Source: Podarcis liolepis
Lineage: Eukaryota
NCBI GenBank assembly: GCA_965112155.1
Contig: OZ218103.1
Direction: 5' to 3' (one strand)
DNA length: 64,000 bases
A program made the position numbers and the translations under genes. The notes under the pieces were generated by a model. That model searched no databases and was not told the origin of the DNA. It saw only the letters and a program-made list of their open reading frames with translations. Positions 24,753-37,532 of the stretch are shown here, piece by piece; the stretch's first letter is position 1; each line of letters begins with the position of its first letter.

Positions 24753-24899
24753 TACCCATCAACTCGGGGGTGGTGGCCCCTCAAATACTTTATTGGGGGG
24801 GGGAGTCAATGGGTTTACATCCTAGGAGCCAACTCGTGGGAGCTGCAGATGGGATGGGGAGAGCCTGCTCTCAGCGCCTGTCCTCGAAGCAACCAAAGA

Positions 24900-26030
24900 T
24901 GGAAAGCATCCCTCGGCGAGATCCGGAGCTATTTCAGGGCTGCTTCGGAGCCGCGCGTGGTTCTTCCCTCCGCCCCGCCGGTCCGATTCTTCCCGCCATC
25001 GGCATCTTCGCCGCGCTGCCAGGAAGCGCCCCCTTCCTTCCCCTCCCCGGGGGCGCGCGCGCAGACACACCTGTCGCCCATCTGCTCGTCCTTCCCGCCC
25101 ATCCCCGCCCCCGCGGGAAGGAAGCCTCGCGAAGCTGGCGCGCGTGTAGCGGGGCGCCGGTGGGAGCCAAGAACTGCGCCCACTCGGGCGCCACACCTAC
25201 CGCCGCGGCGGGGGAAGGAGCCTCTCGCGCGGCCACCACCTCCTTCACGCGCTCTCCAAATCTCTCCCCCCCCCCAACACACACATACTCCTCCCCGCAA
25301 AAAAAGGGGGGGGGACAGGCAGCGCGCGAATGGGCGCCTTGTGAGCATGTGCGGAATACTAGCTGGAACTGGTTTCGCGGAGGGCGCTCGTGAGCTGCAA
25401 GGAGCGGCTGGCTGGTCCTGCGCGCCTCGCCACAGCCGACGAGGCTCCGGGCGGCGCAGCAGCGCCCTCCCCTCTCCTGCCATTGGCAGCCCCGGCCAGG
25501 CTTCCTTCCCCCGCCGTCGGGAGCGGCTGGGTGTCTTCCTCCTCCTCCTCCAGCCCGGCCTCCTCGGTCTTCTCAGCCCTTGCGCCGCGCCGCCCGCAGC
25601 CCTTGGCCGCCTTCGGGGCCTGCCTCCTCCGGTCTCCGGGCGCGGCCCGGCGAAGGTGGGCGTGGCGAACCCGGGGCTTTCGCAGCCCCCCGACGCTCCT
25701 CCCCTTGGAAGTACATAACGGGAGCGGATGGGGCTGGCTGAGTGAGGGAGGAGGGTGAGTGTGCGCGGCCAAAGCTCGCTTGCGCGGCTCGGTTACTTTG
25801 TGTCTTTTTCCAGCGCCGGTTCCAGCGTCGCCCAGCAGCCGCTGCCCGCGGCCCGGATCTCCGCAGGCCCGCCCCGGCTCTGGTCTCTCGCCCGTCGTCC
25901 ACTCCTCCTTCTTCGCCCGGGAGCTGCTCGCTGTGGTTGTTGTTGTGTGTTTTTTCTCAGTGAACAGGGCGAAACCCGGCTCTGCCCTTCTGCCGTAGTG
26001 CGATTCCTTCTCTTCGCTTTCAAGGCGAAA
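24900..26030. promoter_or_regulatory. CpG island 1, internal DLGAP4 promoter and 5'UTR
   Basis: About 1.1 kb very rich in GC and CpG against a CpG-depleted background, with GC boxes (ccgccc). Lies directly upstream of the MALCLELFKQ exon. Boundaries approximate. Confidence 0.88.
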
Positions 26031-26117
26031 GGAAGAACAGTCTCCTCTTCTCTTTTCTCTCTCTCTCTCTTTCCCTTCTTTCTCCCTTTTTACCCCCCCC
26101 CCCCCCCATCTTGTGTC

Positions 26118-26148
26118 ATGGCTTTGTGTCTGGAGCTATTTAAACAAT
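26118..26148 (+). CDS. DLGAP4: Alternative first coding exon of a short DLGAP4 isoform (MALCLELFKQ plus one phase-1 base)
   Basis: gtcATGG start at the 3' edge of a CpG island, 10 codons plus T, then donor gtgagt. Phase 1 equals the phase leaving exon 8866-9112. Recalled mammalian short isoform begins MALCLELLKQC. Confidence 0.85.
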
Positions 26149-28189
26149 GTGAGTGTACCGAATTGTGTGTGGGCTTTTTTCCATTATGGCATGCAAATCT
26201 CGGGAAGGCTTTGCAAGCGGCCGCTCAAGGTTGTGCTTCATATATATATCCTGTATTGTTTTCAGTTTGTCGGGCTGTCATTTTGAATGCATTCGTTCTG
26301 TGCATATATCGCATAATGCTCTAGCTGGTAGACCTTTAAATGCAAAAAAGAAAAAAAAATCATTCCCATTTCCTGTTGTGAGCGAATTGCTTTCGGATAC
26401 AGAAGTGCTCCGAGTAAGTGGGCGGGAGCTGAGGGTAGGCTGCTTGGATGTGGGAAAGGCTTGGTTTTTTTCAATGGCTTACCCGCTTCCCTTTTTCCCT
26501 GCCTATCCGGTTGCATTTTCAGCTAAATCCTGAGCTTGAGTGGCTTGTATTAATGGGGGGGGGGGAGGCGAGGTTGATGGCACATATGCCCGGTTCTCCC
26601 CACTGCATGGCTCTGTGCTTGATCAGAAATTGTTGTCACTTTTGCTGAGATATATTTAGTCTACTCGTGGCATTCCAGATCATGACAGGATATGAAATCA
26701 CTTTCCTATATTTATGCCATCCCAGACTAAACGTGAGCCATATGTGCATTTGTGTCTGCTTGAGTAATGAAAAGACACAGATTGGGGGTTAATCATCTAG
26801 TTTTTCCTTAATAGCACTGCTGTTAGTTGAGCATTTGTGTTATCTTTTTGATATAAAAAAATGGTACTAAAAGTTCTGATATTTTCCATGTGTGTGACAT
26901 AAAAATTGTCTGGCCACAAACTGTGCAAACCTGTACAGTTATGATTGAGATGTGTCCTGTCACAGATTGCTGCTGAAGGCTCCTAGGAAACAGGGTTTTC
27001 TTAATGGGTTGGGGGAAAACTGCTGATTTAAGGCTTCTTCACATCACATACTGCCTAAAGCCACAAAGTAGTAGGAAAGGTGACATGAAAGGACACCCTC
27101 TTTCCCTTGTAGAACTGAAAGAACTTACAAGAAATGAACTCATTAGGGATTTCTTAAGGAGCCCTAAGCAAATATAATGATATATTACAGATATAAAAAC
27201 CAGTGCCTGATAGAACAAGAAATTCTCCATTGAGATGCCCAGTTATCTGAAAGTGTGATTTTGCTCTTAAGCATGTGGCTCAGGCACTGCAAAATTAGAG
27301 AGTACTTAAAAAAAAAAGCTTTAAATGATGATAATATGACAGAATTAATGAATGCATGCAGACTAGCAGGTGGATTTATGAGTAAAGTTTTTACAGTCCT
27401 AACACACCTTGGAATTCAGTTTCCAAATATGGTTTGCTTATTTTTCCTCTCCTATGTTGAACACATCTTCCACCCTGCCAGATCTTTATTCATTATGATA
27501 CAAATTCCTGAGTACATAAAACGATGCTAAAATTAAACTCCTTTTCTGTCATCAGTATACAGCTGCATAAAGGGACATAAAAAGGTCTGGAGCCTCTTCT
27601 CTCTTTCTCTCCTTAGTGAACTATTTCCTCCCTTTTACTGAAGGGAAACCTGTCCTTGCTTTGCAGTCAGCCCTTTCCATCCCCAGAGCTTGCCTATCTG
27701 AACTGGTTCCCAAAAGAAAATAGCCTCTTGACAACGGCAGCAGAAGGTGTTGCAATGACATACTCTGTTTATAGAGGAAAGTATGCCTGGAGTGCTGCTT
27801 ATTTTGAACTAATGAGTCCTTAATTGGCCAGAATACTTTATTGCTTGGTAATCCCTGGCCTGGCTTTTCTTCATGAGATGCTCACCGGAGGTAGAGAATC
27901 GCTAAAGCGACGCTGGGCTTGCAGAATGGTTTTATTGTTGTGTATGAATGCAAAGCAAAGTAATTCAAGGACCTGAGTGTGTTCTTACTGTAAGGAAGCC
28001 AGGTGGTGTGCCTGAATAGGCAAATAATCCTTGTGGCATAATTGCCATGTGTAATGGACTGGATGTCCCTTATGTCAGTAGAGGCAATTTCAGAAAGTCC
28101 CTTATATCATAAATGTTAAATCTGACAAAAGCTGCAGTCGTTTTTGCCCTGACACCTTATGTGCAAGAGAATACTTGAGGACCAGGAAA

Positions 28190-28340
28190 AATTAGCAGAA
28201 AGAGCATATGTAGCATGAGACTCTTAATTTCAGGGTCATGAGTTTGAGTGCCACATTGGGCAAAAGATTCCTGCATTGCAGGGAATTGGATTTGGTGACT
28301 CTTGTGGTCCCTTCCAGCTTGACAATTCTGTGATTCCATG
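28190..28340 (+). mobile_element. Short tRNA-derived SINE with CR1-like tail
   Basis: tRNA-Lys-like gactcttaatttcagggtcatgagtttgagt followed by ggtcccttccagc...attctgtgattcc. Confidence 0.7.
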
Positions 28341-29249
28341 CTGGGGCCCTCATTTTACCCCTGCTTCTCAAGCCACTTGGGTGTTCGTGCAGCCTCCGTG
28401 CACTCTCCGCATCTCTGGAGAGTTGGGTAACCCTCTGGAGCAAATTTCAGAAGGCAGAAGGGCTGTAAGGAGGCGAGGAAGTCTGCTTACACATGGTTGA
28501 ATAGTCATCCCTTGTTGAGAATCTGAACACTTGGTAGAAATGCTATAGAAATGGTACAATTGAAGCTAAACTTAAAACTTTGTCAGACTTGTAAACTAAG
28601 TGGAGTCAAGCTAGGTCAGCATTTGAATGGGGGTTAGTAGTTATCTCATTGCTGCTGTACATTGTATTTTATTGCATCATGTGTTGAGATATAATGGGCA
28701 GAGTTCGCCAAAGAAGCTCTGTCTGACTTCAGCTTTTGCAGTGGGGCTTTCTGCACTCTCCTACCCTGCAATTGGATTTGAGGGGAGTTGAGAGAACCCT
28801 CAGAACAGCATGCAGGAGGGAAAGAGGGGGGATAATTTCATGCACAGTCAAAATGGTTTGAAGTGCATGATATTGAATTCCACACTATGTTGGAAACTGC
28901 CTGGTGATTCCTAAGCAGTAAAAGGCTGGTTTATATATTTTGGTAGATAGATACTTTGAGGAGACTGTTGCAGAGTCATAAAGTGATATTGGTGTGTTGT
29001 GCCACTCTGCAGGTAGAGTTACTACTTTTGCCTGAAACTAAATTGGTGACATTGAGTGATAGGTTTATCCAAAAGTTCAGGATACTTAAAGCAGTACCAT
29101 ATTCAAGTTTTACTCAGAGTGGACCCATTGAAATTAATGAACCAACGTCATGTTCATTCATTGAGTCAGTTTTGAGTAAAACTAAGTTCTGGCTGGCATA
29201 TGTAACACATATTATTTTTAAAAACCTACTCATGGTCTCATGTATTGTA

Positions 29250-29520
29250 CAGTGGTGCCCCGCAAGACGAAAAACTCGCAAGACGAAAACGTCTTGCATT
29301 TTTTGCAAGTTTATTTCCTTTTTCTTAACACCGTTAATACAGTTGCGACTTGACTTCGAGGAGCAACTCATAGAACGCGGTTTGGTAGCCTTTTTTGAGC
29401 TTTTTGGTGATTTTTGAAGCTTTTCCAAAACTTTTCCGACACTGTGCTTCGCAAGACGAAAAATTCGCTAGACAAAAAAACTCGCGGAACGAATTAATTT
29501 CGTCTTGCGAGGCACCACTG
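29250..29520. mobile_element. pogo/Tigger-like MITE (cgcaagacgaa subfamily)
   Basis: TIRs cagtggtgccccgcaagacgaaa / tttcgtcttgcgaggcaccactg with TA TSD. Confidence 0.9.
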
Positions 29521-32500
29521 TATTCCATTCCTCTTCTAAATTTTGGTGTTGGTATTCTTCAGCTGGTGGTGTCCTGCAACTTTTTCTGGCTGAGAGAAAT
29601 TTGGTAAAGTTGGGGAAGGACACAACCGTGAACTCCTGGGAAAGGAGGGAAGGCTTTTACGAGAGCCTTTGGCTTATACAGTACTGAAGTCTGTACCTAT
29701 GTTCATTTTAGCAAATTGTTGTCATGTGGGGCAACAGAGAAGGCAAGAAGGCTTGTTGTAGATTTTCAAAGGCTGGTTCATCTTGCTATGTGAACTGTTT
29801 TCTAACGTAGCTTACCAATTCTGTATTAGTTGTTACCCATATAAGCATTTGTCTTTTTAAAGCCCATGAACCATTTAAATTGGCTTACAAAATTTTAAAT
29901 CACAGTGCAATAAAAAATGTAACACAGCAATAAAAATACACAAATTACACATTTAAACACGTTTAAAAGGCAGCCGTGTTGGAGATGACAGGTAAAAATG
30001 ACCGTCACAAATAACACTGCTTTCCAATATGAAAAAACATCTGTGGCTTTTGCTGGCTGGTAGAGGAACCCATCTGCACTTCGCAAAGCATGGTATTCCA
30101 CAACACTGGTGCAGCCAATTAATTTTCAAAAAATAATTTCTGTCTTTAGCAAATACAGTATTCATTTCTGGTAGGAAATCTTATCCAGCTCACCCCCTCA
30201 AACTAATACAATAAAAAATAATTTCTGTTAGAAACTACTTTACATGTGGCTACAGAAAACGCACTGCAGATTTGAGGCATTAATGTTGAAACCAGATAGG
30301 AAAAGAGAGCTCTAAATTGTACTCCTAATTCAACTAACAGACAAGATGCAAGAGTTAATGGACTCTCCTTCTCTCTCCCCCCCCCCACACACTTAATTTT
30401 TACTAGTGTGATTACCAACAAGTTTAGTGCAAAATACTGTATATCTTATGTCTGAGCAGAATTTTGTTCAAAAAGGTTCAGAATTACCTGTCCCCCTTCC
30501 CCCACAAAAAGCTGCACAACCTGTGGCAAATAAGATACAGGCATGACCAGGTAAAAGCTACATGAGGGGTCTCTGAACATGCTGTCAGATTACCTTTAAA
30601 AACCCTGAAATAAAATATCAATATTGCTATCCTAGTCACATTAGTTACGGACTCTGCAACTATGTTCTTGGTTCTACTGTACTTTGAAAGGGCTTGTTGT
30701 AACAGTAAAAGGTACACTGGTTCACTTTACACGAGGGATGGGAAACTTGTGGCTCTCCAAATACTGCTGGACTGTGCTTCTCATCATCTCTGACCATTGA
30801 CCGTGGGACTGATGAGAGTCAACCAGTGAGAGCTACAGGTTCCTCACCTGTTTCGTGCTAAAAGATGAGAAGGTGAAAAGCGTTGTAAAGAGGGGTCTGC
30901 TTGATTCCTCGTTTAAAAACTCACTTTATCTCATAAACCCATGGATATCCTTAGGCACACCACCTATTCCATTATGTAGAAATATAAATGCTGGCTTATT
31001 TCCCAGGCCTGTTGAAAAATTTGCTTTAGAGAGTATGTGAAGTGCTTTGATTACTCTAAAGTGTGTTGTTGTTTGTTTGCATTGAGGCCAGGAGATGGCA
31101 GCTTGTTTGATACTGTGGACAATGTTGTAAACTTTTGCCATCACACCTTCAAACAACCCTAAAGCCTAGAAATTTGCTTTAAAAGTTACCTAGACCCTGA
31201 TTGATGCATAGAAGAGGGTCTGTTTTATATGGTAGCCCAAAGGCAGAGTTGTCTAGTGGTAATGAATCATATCGGAATCCCCCCTCCCACCGTTTTTGTG
31301 GCCCTTCAGTGGGTATCAGTGGGCATGACTACTATATGTTTAGCCATATCACAACCAAGCTATATAAGTGACAAGGAAAACCATTTGAGGGTAATGTCTC
31401 TACAGAGCAAATCATGATTTGCAAGGTGGAAATGGGGCTTGGTTCTCCCAGTCAAAATCATAAGCTTGCGCTGGGCTGATTTTAAATATATATCCCTGGA
31501 TGTGAAAAGCCATGTTAGGGGGGGATTTAAGATTATATCCCTTCTCCCTCTTGTGTATGTGTTAAGGAGAGAATCCATTTGTACCGAGGAGCACTGATTT
31601 ATTTATATTCTGCCTTTCATCATAAGAGCTTGGAGCAAGGCACAATAAGAATTATTACAGATCAAACAAAATATGCAAGCAGGTAAAATAAAAGAAATGT
31701 GAAATTGCCAAGCCCACCTTTAAAAATTCCAAGATGGACATAGCCATTTCCAAAGACTAACAGCCATGTTTTGAGTCGCCGCCTGCCGTCTGATGTGGTA
31801 CAGCCCAGACACAGGGTTCCCAGCACTGGCTTCTCTGCTTGTGAGAATTCAGCCTGCGGAAAATCTGTTTATAGGGATTGGCTTGTGGATAAATGGGTGA
31901 GGCCTCTGAGTAAACTGCAGTTCCTTGACTCAGTCATGAAAGAACTTGCAGCTGTCCTCAGTTTGCCAGTGCACCTGTTCCTCTCCTTATACTGTCTTTC
32001 ACTCCTGCTCAAATACTTCATAATGTGCAAGGACATAAACTACCTGACTGTGTGCACTAGCAGTTTAACTCATTGTCTCTAATGAGAGACTCTATGCAGT
32101 CCCATTTTCCCCCATTGGCATCTCTTGCAGCCAAACCTTTGGGCTGAGATTTCAGTGCTGTTGTTATGAGGCATTTACAGATGAACCTTTTTTAAAGGGG
32201 GGGGGGACTTATGTTTGTGCTTATATTCACCAAGCCACTGTTAGTAAAAAAAGGAAGGCATTCCATGTGGCAGTGACATAATGCTGAATAAATCTTTTAA
32301 TGACGGTTCACACATTCCTGTCCCCAGAGGCAACATTTTTGAACCAAACTGCAGAAAGACTTCTTCTGGTTGTTGTCCCTCCCACTTCTGTTCTTTATGT
32401 CTTCATAGTAGCAGCTTAGCATTTTTTTATTTTTATTTTTTTGCTTCCATGGGCTGAAGCAGCATAATTGGATTCAGTGCGGTGCAAATCGCTGCAAATA

Positions 32501-33779
32501 TGTGAGCTGAAAGGATGAAGTTTAGACAGTGTGTGGCCTTGTTTCATAAGTCCACATTTGGTCATGAAGATATTTGGTGAATTTGCCTACAAAAGCAATT
32601 TCTAAGAAGCAAAAAAGAAAAAAGAAAACCTTGCTGGAATCTTTCTCTGAAAACAGACTTGCTGTCTGGAAAGAGGACGAAGCAAAGATGGTTTTTCAAG
32701 GCACAATGATCGGGGTCTCCAGCTTCGATTAGCTGCATAAAAACCTTTCTAGCTGAAGTACTGAAGGAGTGGTTTACCTAAAAATTGTGGATTGTGCGGA
32801 TATTGACACCGCTGCTATGTGGCAGAAAGCATTATGTGCCATTAATTTCCGTTTGTTTAAATGTGTTCTTAAACAGTGTTTGTAAATGTGCTGGTTTAAC
32901 GAGGAGACTGGGAATTTTGCCTGATCCACTAGTCATGCATTTTTAATGAATGATGGGCACTTTGTCTCTGATGAGCAGCATATTAAATCAATCTGCAGTC
33001 CTATTTAAATGGGAGTGTAGGGTGTGCAACAGTAGTCTCTCTTGGGGAAGAAGGACAGCAGATCCTGCAAACTAGAATTGCTTGGGATACAAAGCTGGAG
33101 GTGTGTTTTGATTGAGTTAGTAATATTGGGCAGGGCCCTAGTATGACTGCAGCAGAGAAAATAGGACTAGGAAGCCTTTCAAAAGGCAAAACCAGCCTTG
33201 TTGCAAGAAAACTGGTCATGATGAAAGCCAATAAGATGGGGCTAACTATTATGTCCTGTATTGCTAGATTTGCAACATTTTTAAAAGAAAAAATGGAAAA
33301 TAAACTTTAAAATAGCAGCACCATTTACAATAATCTTGGGGAAATTTCGATTAAAGGTTCTAGGGTGGTGATGCCAGATTACCCTTTGTTTAAAAGACTA
33401 ATCCAGACTTCAAATGTATCCTGAAAGGGACAGAATCCCTGTGAAACCATGCAGGGCAGGGTAAATAACCCAGCTCCTAATTACTTAAACGCATATGGAT
33501 CACGTGAATATTCCCGGGGGGGGGGGGATATTCCCGTGTCAGATGGGTCCAAGGGCAAAAGTAGGCAGAGCAATTGATTTTGGACACTAGCTACTTTCTA
33601 TCTAAGGAAACATTACCAGAGTTTAAAGACATATTGCAGTCAAGTAAAACCCTTAAGGTAAGTGCGACTGTCATGCTTAAGTTACAGGGTAGGTGGGTAG
33701 GGGAGTTACTGCCCTAAAGTCTTCTAGTTAGGCCGCTCCACTCTCTCTGGGTGATTGACCCCCCAAAATACTAGAAGTA

Positions 33780-34039
33780 CCGTATTTTTTGCTCTATAAG
33801 ACTCACTTTTTCCCTCCTAAAATGTAAGGGGAAGTGTGTGTGCATCTTATGGAGTGAATGCACGCTGCGCAGCTATCCCAGAAGCCAGAACAGCGTGAGG
33901 GATCGCTGCTTTCGCTGCGCAGTGATCCCTCTTGCTGTTCTGGCTTCTGGAATTCATAATATTTATTTTCTTGTTTTCCTCCTCCAAAAACTAGTTGCAT
34001 CTTATGGTCTGGTGCGTCTTATAGAGCCAAAAATACGAT
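33780..34039. mobile_element. Tc2/pogo-like MITE
   Basis: TIRs ccgtattttttgctctataagac / gtcttatagagccaaaaaatacga flanked by TA. Confidence 0.85.
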
Positions 34040-35938
34040 ATGTAACGCCACTGACAATGCGGTCTGAAGAAAGCAACTGTATTAAGTACTCACTACTTTC
34101 CCTCAAGGTAAAAAAAATGTGTTGTAGCCATGAGTAGGTTTGGTTGCCTGGGATAAGTGCTTCTGAAACTGCCTTGATCTTTCATACTGCAGCTCTGTTT
34201 CTTAATTTTTCCATAATGCATGCTAAATAATTCAGTGTCTTTTATCAGGAGGAATAACCTGAGAGAACTTCTGTTCTCCTGCAAGCTAGCTTTCAAGTTT
34301 GCCCTCTGATGTGCTGCAGCAATGAAGCAGTAATGGGCTTTGATTTGTGGAGTCTTGCCGTGGTCCGTGCTGTGAAGCAGGAGGAGGAATTGCTGTACCT
34401 GTGTCAGTCAAAGTGCCTTGGCCTGCCCTGTTGCCGTTTCTTCATATCAAGCCGTGCATACAAGAACTGTTACACTTATAACCCTGCTGGCACACTCTGG
34501 GCTAAGCCTGTCAGTTCCCTTTATGTCACTAGAAAGATAGCAAAAGAAGTCACTCCAGACAGATTGATTTTGGTTGGGGGGAAAGAGGAGTGAACAAGGG
34601 ACAGAAAGAGAAGACTTTCTCAGCCTGCGCAGGAAAATAAACCCAACAACTTCATACTATATGATGAGTGGATTGCAAAACAAAACTAAAAACAAGGGAC
34701 TATTTATTTCATGCTTCACATTGTAAAATTAACGTACTTCCTAAACTTATATGCCTACATTGGTCGAGGTAACGATTAAAATATAATTTACAGCTAAACA
34801 GAGCAGGCATAGGTAACCGCACAGTTCTGGGGCCTGATCTGCCCCCCAAATGTATTATTCTTCCCCCGACCTAATTTTAATAGCTGCAGAAAAAGAAAAA
34901 TATTGAAGTAGACACTGTGCCAGAGAAGGTGGAGCCCACTGTCCTGACGGGGATACATCCTGCCCCCTCATATCATTTGATGAGCAGAGAGCATGTGATG
35001 ACTTCCCTTCTCTGTTGGCTGCATATACCAGCTGAGGAGGGGCCAGAATTATTGGCCAGTGCGAGTTGATCACACCCATCACCGGTATGCAAAAACTACC
35101 TGGTATGTAAAAGCTTTGATAATGCAGTCTATATGCCTTTAATATTATAGTTATACCTATTTCTTCATGGCAAAGGGAGGCAACCATGTAGCTGATTTCT
35201 GCTTGGAAGTCTGTACATTGCAAAAACAGTGCTCCAGCTCCCTGAGCCACAGCATAATACTCTATGGGAGGAGTCCACACTGGCTCCTCTCCACACCAAC
35301 ATTTATTGTCTAAAAGCTGTGCTAATGCTGGCATTGGGAAGAGCTTCAGCATGTAGTCCAGAAGTGCTTGCACTATCCTGCTGACACAGGAAGGAACAGC
35401 ACTCCTGCCACTCCCATGCTGCCAAGGTGACTTAACCCTATCAAACAGCATTGAACTTGACAGAAATGATAGAAAGTTATTGGGCAGAACAGTGTTTTCT
35501 TTATAATAGGGCTGGCGATCTTATGGCCCTCCAGATGTTCTTAGATTCCTATTAGCATGGTCAGGGAGGATAGCAGCTGTAATTCCAACTACACCTGCCT
35601 GGCCAAAGGTTCCCCAGCCTTGCTCTAGAAGGTTACTGTTAATAAGCACATTTATTTTTAAAGTCATAAATATTCGGAAATGCAGAACTGGATGCATTGC
35701 TAGGAAATTTAGAGGTCATTAAATGAATATACCATTCACTCAGGTGGGGTTAGCAGAAGACTCTGGGGTGATGCTGGATGGAGTCTCATAGATCCTAGTG
35801 CCCATCTTTGGCCAGTCCCTGGTTCTAGTAGGAAGCCCACAATAAATGCATGATTCGTTATATCCTTTATTAAGGACCTTGAAAAGTCAGATTTCTCTTC
35901 TCTTACACACACAAAAGTCAGGCATTAACTCAGTTTGT

Positions 35939-36080
35939 AGGATATAGCTATAGCTCAGTTGGTTGACCATAGGACTCACTCTCAGGGTTGTGGATTCAAC
36001 ATTGGCCAAAATATTCCTGAATTGCAGGGGTTGGACTAGATGACCCACATAGTCCCTTTCAACTCAACAATTCTATGACT
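35939..36080 (+). mobile_element. Short tRNA-derived SINE with CR1-like tail
   Basis: A box tagctcagttggtt, then ggggttggactagatgacc...attctatgact tail. Confidence 0.7.
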
Positions 36081-37013
36081 GTGTGAAAAGGGTCATGGTT
36101 TCGGTTTGAGATTTTAAATTTTGGGCTTTAGCTTGTTTTTAATACATTTGGATCTTGTTGTTAGCCAGATCTCTCCCCCCCCCCCCCCCGATTTGCTATA
36201 ATGGAAATGTAATAAAAATCTGATTCCATTTTTAAAAAAAACATCATCAGGCACCCTGCTTTTGAGTTTCAAAAGACTAAATAGTATGAATGTAATTGTG
36301 GTCACTTCTGTGCCTCGGAAGCACACTCCATTGTCTCTCAAAACAGACAGATGCCAACAACTACAACGTCATCTGCCAAATGGCAGACAAAGGCATCACT
36401 CTTATCTCCTTACCTGGGAGTAAGCCCCAGTGAAATCAAGGGAACTTACTATTAGACATGTATAGGATTGTGCTGTAGAAGACTTGTCTACAATGACTAC
36501 TACTGCTTGTTGCATCAGCAAATGCAAACATAGTACAGTAAACAAGTAGAGTGGACGAGGACCTTTATGGCACTGGATTCTACTTTAGCTGGAAACCTAG
36601 ACCTGGAACATGGAAATTAATCATTTCATTCATTACTTCCACAGCTAATAGTAGGTATAATGTACTATAGAATGCTTATTGATGCTGCGCCAATATGCTT
36701 ACTAGAAACTCAAGTGCTGGAAAATATTCCCGATTTGCTAAAAGCCTTTTGTTGCAGCCTCTGCTTACAACCCAACCATTGTACAGTAGGTGTCACTCTG
36801 GTTCTCTTAACTTTGAATGGGCTGTAAAAATTGCATACCTTCAAAACAGGCTTTTATACACCCAGCATTCCACTTTGTGGCAGGTGCCATATTCACAGTG
36901 GTGGTATAAATTTCCTCCATTCTGCATGAACAATGTGCTTGAACTTCAAAAGCACTCTTGTCTAGAAACAAGTGGAGCGTAGCCTAAGTACTTTGTTTGC
37001 TGTAGGTCACAAT

Positions 37014-37532
37014 TAGGCCTGGGCAGTATATCAATATACCGCCCAGGACTGGTGTGAGGAGCAGACCGTGATGTTGGCTTCACTCAGCGGTATATCGCTG
37101 ATGAAACGGCCACGCTCCTGTGTCCCTCAGCTAGCAGCATAACTTCGTCCAGGGGTTGCTGCTAGCAGAGGGACTCGGAAGTGCAGCCCCCACCCCATCT
37201 GAGTGATCCAATGCTGCAGATGAGATTGAGGGAGGCTTCTACGCCACAGCTGAGCAAAGCCCAATGCTGCTGAGGCCTCGGGATTCGCTTAGCTGGGGGG
37301 GGGGGAGCCCTCCTGCCCCCCAGCTGAGCAGTGGCCTAGCCCAACTGCATTGGCCCTCCTGCAAGGCATTGAAGTGAAAGGGTTCCAGCTCCAGCGTCAA
37401 GAGCTGTGGTAATTTCACCCTGCCTCTAGCTGGCTGGGGCCAATGGATTTTGTTTCAACATCGTGGTATATCGCCAAACTGCAATGTCTAGCTGGTGATA
37501 CATCACAATGTTGAAAATCTTGCCCAGCCCTA
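37014..37532. mobile_element. Non-autonomous hAT transposon with perfect 8-bp TSD
   Basis: gtcacaat at 37006-37013 and 37533-37540. TIRs taggcctgggca / tgcccagcccta. Confidence 0.9.

Noticed and set aside
24692-26324. Overlapping long ORFs on both strands (up to 289 aa) over CpG island 1
   Set aside because: Low-complexity P/R/A/G-rich translations expected from GC-rich stop-poor DNA. Only 26118-26148 has splice and homology support.
28956-29607. ORF cluster over the 29250 MITE as a possible transposase
   Set aside because: The element is only 271 bp with no DDD/E or HTH similarity, so it is non-autonomous.
34855-35451. 198-aa minus-strand ORF
   Set aside because: Non-ATG start, no recognisable motif, and partly overlaps decayed repeat-like sequence.
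35939-36010. tRNA-like sequence (also near 28190, 19800 and 1910)
   Set aside because: Degenerate SINE heads followed by LINE-derived tails; no complete cloverleaf.
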